This document shows positions 54,028 to 64,000 of a stretch of DNA of 64,000 nucleotides, piece by piece. Both the position numbers and the translations under genes were made by a program. The stretch comes from Magallana gigas. Lineage: Eukaryota. The notes beneath the pieces were generated by a model that was not told where the DNA came from, did no database searches, and was given only the letters and a program-made list of their open reading frames with translations. Location of the stretch: positions 39,432,001 through 39,496,000 of the forward strand of contig NC_088857.1 of the NCBI RefSeq assembly GCF_963853765.1. Direction: 5' to 3'. Numbering within the stretch: the first letter of the stretch is position 1; every line of letters starts with the position of its first letter.

Positions 54028-56230
54028 AGATCATTATCAGCCAGGTTTCTGTAATATAGTACACTACAGTGGACGTAGTCATTTTATCACGACGACATAT
54101 CGAACATGTGTTGGGAAAAGAGCACAAAATCATTGTTTTTTAAAGCTAGACGTCACTTGACGTTATTTATGGTCAGCGACAACTTATGTAATGGCTTACT
54201 TCCTACGGCTCCGATATAGAGAACTCGGATGCGATGCCTCATCAATGCTGTTTGAGAGCTTGTGCCATTTTGTCATTTGGTGCCTAGCCGCAGGATCATC
54301 AATCAGGCCTATCAAAATTGTATAAAGAGAATTTTAATTATCACCATATCATGTTGTTAACCACAATATTTTCAGTTGCAGTTCATTAATTTAGTGATAA
54401 ATATTTTATCAAGGATTAAAAATTGAAGCCAATGTGTAACATATTAAAAACCCAACAATTTCAGGATCATACTTCAACTAATCAGTTTTGTGTTTGTCCT
54501 CATTTAGGTTACTTTCCTTATCAGAAAAGGTACACTGTACTAAGTATATTAACGGTAGTCAAAGACCGTTCATGGCCATGGGGAAAAGTCTGTATGTTAT
54601 TGATAACATACGTTGTTTTAAATCGGTGGACAATGGTGCTTCTTTCCTCAACTTGATATTCATAGATCTAAGAAAGACAGCGGAAAATCGTCCATATTTT
54701 TTTTGCCATTACACACACAGGCAGAGCGAGATTCTACTGGGAAAGATAGCATTTTATGAAATCTGTTTTTGCATTTATGCACGTTCATGTCCATACCCTA
54801 ACCTGTCGATGTTGTTTTTGAAGAACATGTGTGTACATTAAACTGATCACATTTACGGTTTGACTACTTATACACGGTGTCAGTTATTTATGTACATGTA
54901 GCCGCAAATAACGATGTTTGTAAGGGACATGATTCGATCATGTATTGCACAAAAAAATTTTGGCAATCATTTTTTTTGTATTTAACATTTTTACACTGAA
55001 AATATCATCATGAAAGAACAATATTTTTATTATGTTTGTCATTTCTATTCACGAAAAAAAACTTTCATACATGACTGTTAAAATTATGTGTACCCTGGGT
55101 ACGATTGTAAGCTCAGATTTTGTTGTCAAATAAATAAAAGACTTATTTTTCTCATAATTCATCTTGGCTCTTTTATTCTAGGTATAATATTAATTGTGTG
55201 ATTACCTATACATGAAATCAGTATCTTATTGACAAATCTCTTTCTTGGTTTTATTGCCGCCGTTCAGCTATTGATTTGCAAACCGACGACAGCGGCGATC
55301 GAATATGGCCATATACTGATCAAAGAGGCAGATATATAAACCCAGCAGCAGTTTGGTCCTCGTTCCATCGGTTCAAACTCTAAAGATAAGAACCATCTCT
55401 GACGTCAAGAAAGACAGTATAATTGTGTTATGGTATACGTAGACGTGGAATGAATTTAATTGAAAATCGATAGAAATTAAATAATTTTAGTATCTGTTAA
55501 AGTGGAATATTGTCACTATGGTGAAGACATAGAGAAATGGTCGTAGCAGCGGTGTAGCACTCTTAGAACACAACGGAAATGAACCACAAAGAATTTCTCT
55601 CGTTATAATAGTTACTATCATATTTTTATCCAACGAAGCCACGTGATCATCCCCTCACCAAGGCACGAGGATGCGTGTGTTTTGTATCCTTCACCGAGGC
55701 GCGTGGATAAAAAATACACGACTTATTGGGAAGAAAACAATGGTGGTAGATCCCATACATGTACCATCAAAGTACGATAGTCGAATCTTTTCATAGACTC
55801 TAAGTGTTAGTACAAATTATTTATGACTTTACAAGATGTCAAAAATACTTCACAGTATGTCATAGGACGAGAAAACATTTTGCTCTCTAACTTATGATTG
55901 GTGTTTTTTAACTTGTTACACGGTATTTTACAATTTGGCACAGGGGCAAGCCCGTTTTAACATTTATTTCAATGTAACCGTGCAAATAGGTAAAGAAATG
56001 ACATTAGAAAAAGGGGAAAATTTAACAGTACCAAACGTTAAATATTGTAAAGATTAGCTTTCAAAGATAATCTTTTTAAATATTTACATTTTTCAGTGTC
56101 TACGTATCGATTTTGTACTATACAGTCCAATAAATTCAAATGACGTATAATTGGGGCGCAAGCGGGGTTTGCCTATCTATATTCAAATATTATAAATTGT
56201 ACAATTCCTGAAAATTATATAAATATAAGT

Positions 56231-56386
56231 AATAAGGGATCATTCTTCGTATATTATGAAGTAATAATTTCGGTCGGGGCGTGATCAAATCTATCGTAAA
56301 GGGCTTTACGATAGACTTGATCACGCCCAGACCAAAAATATCTCCGAGCTCATAATACTCAAAGAATAATTCTTTATTCCTTAAAT
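56231..56386. mobile_element. Palindromic non-autonomous element
   Basis: Hairpin centred on TCAAATCTATCGTAAAG-GG-CTTTACGATAGACTTGA with imperfect arms of about 75 bp; partial copy at 23354-23438. Confidence 0.7.
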
Positions 56387-59300
56387 ATACATGTACATTT
56401 AATTTCGACAACTGTAACCCTGTGTAAACCTCTGAAATCTGCATAGAACAACTAATTCCTTTTCAAAGACGGTCGGTAGAATGAAATGACCGGGTTACGT
56501 ATTGTTTTACTGCATTGTTATTGCTTAAAAATCCACTGTCGTTATAAATATTACTGATAACGTACAAGAATCAATCAATAATAATTATTTACCGGGTATA
56601 TACAGTCCAAAGATATGCATTAAACAGCTTCTTCGTCCTTTGACGTAAATTAAGGTATGTCCTGAAATGTTCTTACGATATTGTATTAAACTATATTATT
56701 TGATATATTTAAATAAAGTTAACATCAATTGCTCTGTTTAGCAATCTTATGTTTCGAAAGTACTTACAATGTACATTACAGTGATTGCTAGGGTTTTCCT
56801 ATGGTCAACACTGGGGGGGGGGGGGGGGGGGTTAAATGTGAACAAAAGCACTCATCTTTTGACCAATGTATATAAAGCATATTACAAAATAAATGCTACA
56901 GAGTACTTTAAAGAGGCTCATTTTGTACAGATCCGCTACATCAGAGATAGTCGGGGAAAAAAATCGATGGATAATTTCCCCGGCGAATAATGAACAAGGG
57001 TGTTTTCTGATCCTAGTTGTGGCAAGAAAATGAACAAATCATTCATGGATAAAACAAACTTAATGATAAAAAGGCTTCATAAAGACAACTGGGGATTGTG
57101 AAAATTGCCCGTTCCCATATCATTACTCGATAATATGCTGAATTCCTTGAAATTGCAAAGAATTTAGTGAATAAATTTCTCGGAAGAAATGATTATCACG
57201 AATACTCTAACATTTGTGCTGATTTAAGAATGGAAATCATGTTCTAGTCTTAAATATGTTCAAATACTTGTTAATACTTTTCTTGCTTTACAATAAACAA
57301 AAGTCTTGAGGGAAAACACCACATATACATTCGCGTGACTGTCATAAATGAGTTCGCAAAATGACCACGCCGTAACATCGGGTTTTTTTTCCTGTGAGGT
57401 AGATTTTTATAACAAAACATCCATGCACTATATCCAATTAACAGTATCAACTCATTTTTGGCATACATAAGGTTCAAATATTTAATTAATTAAAAACATA
57501 GGGGAAATGTTGATTAAGCATGTATAAAAATCAGAATTTTTCGTAACTAAGGAAGAGATATTGTTGATATTTCAGGTATTAGTTTGCCTTTATGGTGAAT
57601 ACGACGCTTGTACATGGCTAAACAAAATAAATTTTAAGATTTTTTTCATACCCAAGGATATGATACAAAGAATCATAAATGTATGCTCTGTCATCATGAT
57701 GTATACTTTGTTGTTAGAAGTAGCTTTTCAAAAATGCAGGTGATGGGGATACCTGAGTAAACGTCGGCCATTTTGCGAACTCATTTATGGCCAACTTCTG
57801 TACTAATTCAGTCAACGTTTGCTTGCTTGAAAAAAAAACCCCACTCATACATCTCGAGTATATATAAATTCCCTAGCCCTTGAGCTACACTATCAGTTGT
57901 GTATTTACGAAGAAAAAACTAAATATTCCAGTAAAACACGATACTATTAAAGAACATGTCATTTTTTTCTTTTCTCAATGCAAAAACCAATTCAAGAAAG
58001 ATAACCCAATACCACACACCAAGAAAAACATTTGCAAAATATTGCATTTCATAGGTTATTATAAAATAACAGTGTTTTCGTGCTATACATAGTACGAAAA
58101 CGTACCATTGACATTACGTAAATCTACATGTAGTCCGCTTACTAATTTACATAGAAAGTTACCGAAAATACCGGTAGCCCCCTCCCCACCCCCCATCCGC
58201 AGAAATTTTTCATAACGTGTGTATTGGTACTCCGGTGGTGCGATTGTATAGTACTGCACACTTTTTTACTGCAAAAATGCTTTCCATGCGTATTTTTGGT
58301 GGGGGGGGGGGTGAAATGTGTGAATGTATGCAATTTTAATAGAAATTGATAATCTTTTCGTTTAATCAGTTGATCAATATTTTGGTTTATCTGCAATGAT
58401 CTTTTGGGTGAGCTTTATTCTGGTTTGCATTGACTGATACAGTACGCGTGTATTAGGGATTAAATGAAATTTTATTCCTTTGGCGTGTGGTGTTTGATAA
58501 AACAATCTTTTGAATGCATATTCTTATATAACCCCATACGAACAACTAGATTTCCTTTTTCACTTTTTTTAACTTGATAATTACCTGGAGTTAAAATCTC
58601 ATTTTATATTTATCGCTTCTCTGGTGATACACGAATTTCGCTGAATTGTTCATTTTTCATCTTGTAAAAAGAAACTTCTCTCTGTAGATTATGCCGTGTA
58701 CGACCTTTCGGGGTTATATCTGTTTGCCTTCAAAAATATCAAACAGATTGTAAACAAATTTAAACTCGAGTCGACTGTTCCTCGTCACGAACCGTTCTTA
58801 TTCTGAACATTTCGCCCATTTCGGATACATTGCCGCTGATAACATTGATGGAGACAATCTCATGTGCCTGATCCCGTTATTCTCATGATAAAACGCAGAC
58901 TTGGGGTGTTAGGTCGATCACTTAGTCCATAAAAATTTAAATCGTCACATTTCATCTCTTTGCCTCGTTATCATTTTAACAGTTTTAGCAAGTACATATA
59001 TCGTCTTGTTTCCCAAACTCCCATAGTGACGTGTCACCTTCCACGGGGGTCGGAACCCTCATGTATGTATGTACATGTATGTTAAGTAAACGAGGGCCTT
59101 TGCAATTTCATCTTAATTTTCATTTTTGGTTTTATCAAGCTGTAAGGTGAGTCCTTTTGCATTATATATTTTGAGGTGGATTTTTATGCTTTCTAAGTAA
59201 TCATTTATCTTCGTATGTACATGTATACATATATATATAAAGTGGTAAAATGTCTGAAGTTGTACAAAAAAATCCATTTTCATTCGTATTTGATACTCCG

Positions 59301-60346
59301 TCATTATTACTTGAAACTAATCTATTTTTACGTCTTTAAATGCATCAATGAATTTAGAATGTTTAAAAGTGTGAACGTAAATAAGATTTGTTTTGGTTTA
59401 TTTATTACATGTATATAGTTAATTATAGTCATATTAATGTGTTTTATTATTTTAATCAAACCTGATGCATCCGACGTCTCGACAGAACTCTGTAATTCTG
59501 AAATTTTTAAATGATTTACTTTCTAACCCTGCACATTTCCAGATATTTGTCGATTATCCGAGACATCTAACTGTAAAGGGTCAATATCGTGCCTTCACCG
59601 CCGACCATAAACAATTTTTTCCATTACATACTTCTGCTTTTTTTCCCTCTCTTCATGAGCTTCATTAATATTCATCAAACTAACACAATCATACACTTTA
59701 AAATAAAAACAAAATAACTGCATTACATAATTCAAGGAATAAAGATCTGGAACGTTAACGAACACTCTCTCCTCACCCGAATTACCTCGTTGTTGGCAGA
59801 AATGATTAATTGCGAATTTACGTGTTAAAAACAACCACGTCGTGTGCCTTTGCAGCATATCTAAAACAAATTATAACTTCCATCAAAATCCCCTAAAAGA
59901 CAAATGATTTTGTAGAGACTACCTGTACTTTGACCTGAAAACACATCGAAAAAAAAAATGATGATCACAGGGTGGATAGTAAAGAGAGAGCTTATTTTAG
60001 GTATCGATCCCGTATATTGTTCTTCTTGAACACTGGTATGATTTATTCCACCCGTTAAGGGTGATCTATAGCGGAAATATGTATCACGTTCTGGAAGCGT
60101 CCTTATTGATTTGGAGCTATGTCGTTAATAAATTAATTTATGGTTTTAAATAATTTTTAATTAACGATTGCATTATTGTGAATAGGGGAGTAAAAAGAAC
60201 GTATGAAATGTTTTGAAATCTTTTGTGCTTGGATTTTGTTCTATATCCATCTCATTTTTGTTGGATGTTCCATGCAAAGGAGCATGGTTTTTTATGCATA
60301 CAATGAGAGGGAACATTGAAAATAAAATGACACTATTTACTGTACA

Positions 60347-60350
<4 letters not shown>

Positions 60351-60381
<31 letters not shown>
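60351..60381. repeat. (TA)n microsatellite
   Basis: Perfect dinucleotide run. Confidence 0.95.
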
Positions 60382-60384
<3 letters not shown>

Positions 60385-61214
60385 CGATCTTGTATAACGA
60401 TAACTCTTTCTATTTAAAAAACCTACATGTTATAGGTTGATTTAAAACAATTCGATCAACTTGTCTATAGATTATGTTTCTTCGCTTGAACATATACAGC
60501 TGTACATTGGAAAATTGAATGCTAAACATAAATCCGTAGTAATGAAAAGCGGAAAGGGTGCATTTGTAGTTAACATTTAAAACAAAAACTGTTATTAACT
60601 TGCATACCGTAGAACACAAAGAAACATCCCATTGTCACTACAATCTAATATTTAAGTGTTCGTTAAAGTGGGATGGGCCTCTTATATAGACAATCATATT
60701 TACATAAATACTACACAGGAGTACAATGCGTTAACTTAATAATCTGAACAATTTTATTGTACATGTATTTTTTTCGCCAATATCACAATCTTACCACAAG
60801 TACATTATAAATTTAATGACTGTGTGAAGTATATTGTTTTATAAGTATTTTATTTATGTATATACGCAGTATTTAAAGACACGTATTCTATGAGGAGATG
60901 TCTGATGATATATATGCTACGTAAGTTCAATATCATTTATAACATACAGTACATAAAATGCACTCATAAGTATTTTAAAGTCTTTTGCTTTGTTCAATGT
61001 GTCATTTGTCATTAATAATTAAATTCATAAATACTTTTAGTGTTTAGAACAAATTTTACTCATGACATTGAACTTTATACCAATCCGAATTTGAGAACTC
61101 AAACCCAGAGTAAACAACGTCCTTAATATCGTTGCCCCTGAACGTACTACCGGCACCGTATTCATGGGTTTATTTTCCTGTTGTCATACAGCGGTACAGG
61201 TGATATTTATTTTT

Positions 61215-61370
61215 TCCAAATGTTGCCAGGGCAATATACGTGTACTTTATTCCACATGTTACCAGTGGTAGTATACAATGCACGTGCAATATATATTCTG
61301 TAATTTATTAGATTTGCCAGTGGTAGCATTCGTGCAAAATGTTCCTAATGTTGCCAGTGGCAGTATACAA
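61215..61370. repeat. Degenerate tandem repeat of an ATGTTGCCAGTGG(C/T)AGTATAC-like motif
   Basis: Four imperfect copies at about 61219, 61258, 61312 and 61348 with irregular spacing. Confidence 0.6.
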
Positions 61371-62433
61371 GCAATCTATTTCTTTTGACGACGGCGATTC
61401 TTCCCCAGCAGAATGTAATACAATGTAATGTAAAGTCGACTCCTTTTTAGACATATTTTAGCTGACGATGGTATATTATAATATTGATTTATGCTGTGGA
61501 CTGTCGCAGTGTGAACTCTCAACGCATTGCATGTTCATGTATCTATTGTAATTGTATTAATTAAAAAGATGACAGATATATTACTGTAACATATATACAT
61601 GATTTCTTAAATCAATCGTGTATGGTGCATTGTAATTTTGAACTATAATATATGTTCCCTCCTTACCTTTGAGATCAGGCAAGGGATCATATGTTTATCG
61701 GTTTTGTTTTAGCTGCCGTTAGCTTGAGAACAATAAACCGTACATGTATTTCTTCTGAAATGGGTTTGTACAATGTACATGTACTTATACTATATACATA
61801 TGAATCGTACAAAGTGAAAAGCTGAGAGAGGAGGAAGTATATTGTAATGTTTTACATCCTATATGATACAGCAAGTTTCAACTACATATGCTGAACGTAG
61901 GTGTAAGCAAATACATAGAGACCTAAGGATAAATAGACTTTCAGAGCTAGGAAAGTGTTATTAATTCACCATGCCAAAATATGTAAGGTAAGTTATCCAT
62001 TTTTAGTACTACATGCACTGCCGATTCCGTGAGTTCCTATCTTTCAATTTGCGGTTTTGTTGTTTTTATATAAACAGACTAAAATGCTAGTACTCATGCA
62101 ATGCTTATTTTTTTATACATACATCTACATCTAAAAATAAATACTATGAATTGTGTATTTTCTTCCTATATTTTGAACTTTCCACATTGTTACATTAATA
62201 CTAGTAATCAATAGTGGACTGTGAAATAGTATCACCGATCTAAACCATCATGTAAACGACATTGTACTCATAGTTGCATGTACATGTACAGCGCATTTCC
62301 TAATTCACTGCCTAACACGTGCTTTTTTTTTTATATTTCTTATAGTAACAGTTCAGATATCTAGATATTTTATGCTCTCTTCCATCTCTCTTTGTTTCTT
62401 TATTCGTGGATTGTCATCCTTTGCTAGCGAGGA

Positions 62434-62435
<2 letters not shown>

Positions 62436-62479
<44 letters not shown>
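62436..62479. repeat. (CT)n microsatellite
   Basis: Perfect dinucleotide run. Confidence 0.95.
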
Positions 62480-62482
<3 letters not shown>

Positions 62483-63901
62483 AATCAGCATTGACCCAAA
62501 GATACTAATTTACGTTCCGGTTATAAATTGAACTCTAATGATATCCTAGGAAAATTCCGCCTATCATTTTAAGTGACATACGATAAGTTAATTTCTGTCT
62601 CAAATATGCGTAGTATGTTTTTTGTAATTTTCCGTATTGCTGTAATACGACTCTAAGCATGCTGCTTTTAACAGATGGAGAATCTAATTGTTGAAAAATA
62701 CATGTAATAAGTCGATTCTAGACAGATAGTTGGCCAGAAAGCATAGACAGCCCTGCTAATAGTATATCTGATTTGAGGCAACGTGATGATAAGGCGGTCA
62801 CTAAAAGAGGGGACAATGTAGAATGCGTAATTCATTAGTATTGTATTCTTCCGGCTCTCTTCGTTTATTTCAACGTGAGGAATACTCGGGGAATTTATCA
62901 AGGAAATCCGTGTACTTGAAGGAAAGCGAGAAACCGCTTAAATCTTTATATATACATTCATGTTATTATGTACGCAATTTTAAGAACCTTCATAATACAA
63001 GTAATTATTTTAATTAACTTTATGAGCAAAGTCGTTCGTGTATCCATATATACAACTGATGGATTCAGTAATGTCTCAATGAAGACGCCGTTTAATGAAA
63101 TCTTTTTTGTGTTTTTATTCTGTTGGACAATGGTCTAAGTGTTTCGGGAGGGCGATAAAAATAGTGTAGCTGTTCTCCTATGACGAACCCCGAGGCACGT
63201 TCACTACGTTTTTATTGCTCGGGTCGGAACGCGATAGCTTTGAGGACGCATCCAGATTTTTATCACGATATATTCAAAGAAGAGAAGAGTTCTTCCCTTT
63301 TTTTTATTTTCATATATTTTTTGCTTTACACTAGGTACAGTCAATTCATTAGGTACGGAAGTCGTGTTTTTTTTAAATACTTGAGTGCATTAAATTTTGT
63401 GTAATTGGCATGCATAAACTACATATTCACATGTATAAACATAGTGAAACAGTTTGCGAGGGAAAAATAAATTGAAAAAACTAAGCTTAATATTTCATTG
63501 CGCTTTATGTGGATGATTAATGGATTAAAATAACTCTATTTTACTAAACTAGAAATTTCCCTCGTGTACTGATATTTCTGGAAATTCTACTCTCGGTGTC
63601 TACAATGTCAGATTTTTCCTTCTCTTTTCAATATTATAAACCTGATACCCTTAGCTGTGCGGTTGAATAACTTTGTTGTAAATATGAAGTGGGCTTTGTT
63701 GACAAAGCCTCGTCAGCTTCTTACCAAAAATAACAAGATTCCGGTCACTTCAAACGGCAGCTCAACAAACAATCCCCTCGGGTGGCCCCATACGTATAGG
63801 AGACTCGTACGGCGACATATTTCGATTTCATATTACACGGGAAATACCATTTAAACCTCTAGAACCAGGTGCATACAATTCCGGAATATAAAAACAAAAT
63901 C

Positions 63902-63933
63902 ATGTCGGAAGGAGAGGAAGTTCAGCCTCTACG
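63902..63933 (+). CDS. Possible first coding exon of a gene continuing beyond the window
   Basis: TATAAAAA at about 63887, then ATCATG TCG GAA GGA GAG GAA GTT CAG CCT CTA CG|GTACGT (MSEGEEVQPLR). No downstream exon is visible to confirm it. Confidence 0.3.
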
Positions 63934-64000
63934 GTACGTACAAAAAATATTGCAGGTGCAACAGTTCGGATCACCCCGTGGTTTAATCTGAGGGGTCCAC

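Noticed and set aside
59460-59860. Cluster of short minus-strand exon-like segments
   Set aside because: I could not join them into a consistent ORF with a recognisable product; they are left unannotated pending RNA data.
61215-61370. CRISPR-like repeat-spacer array
   Set aside because: The repeats are degenerate, the spacing is irregular, there are no cas genes and the context is eukaryotic.
63902-63960. Actin (MSEGEEVQPL resembles some actin N-termini)
   Set aside because: The next residue is Arg at a donor site and the diagnostic VxDNGSG is absent.
1-64000. Most 60-120 aa entries in the ORF track
   Set aside because: They are low-complexity Phe/Leu/Ile/Lys-rich translations of AT-rich intron or intergenic DNA, often starting at GTG/TTG, without motifs or splice support.

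Overview
AT-rich eukaryotic genomic DNA with spliceosomal introns, most likely from a bivalve of the Crassostrea/Magallana oyster type. This is inferred from a nacrein-like gene, HINE/Helentron-like repeats and Cg170-like repeats, not proven. Most ORF-track entries are spurious, so I assembled the genes by hand from GT-AG sites and intron phases. Five protein-coding loci are supported: (1) the 5' end of a nacrein-like alpha-carbonic anhydrase (minus, runs off the window start); (2) an uncharacterised Pro/Ser-rich gene of about 176 aa (minus, 3932-8641); (3) a short ZAP/PARP12-like four-CCCH-finger protein with no WWE or PARP domain (minus, 14385-15372); (4) an intact 8-exon, 250-aa secreted protein whose C-terminal domain resembles the bacterial T6SS amidase Tae2/BPSL0067 and tick Dae2, but with both predicted catalytic residues replaced, carried on a His-rich region and a Thr-rich stalk (minus, 17533-29094); (5) a TMEM150/DRAM-family membrane protein with a U12-type intron (plus, 46574-54027). 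Repeats include a decayed DIRS1-like retrotransposon with ITR/ICR termini and two nested insertions, HINE-like elements, a Kolobok-like TTAA MITE, two near-identical poly-G/C MITEs, long palindromic elements and microsatellites. The main candidate for a new system is the putative horizontally derived pseudo-amidase, which lies directly upstream of the mini-ZAP gene. All homology calls come from recalled motifs; no database search was run.
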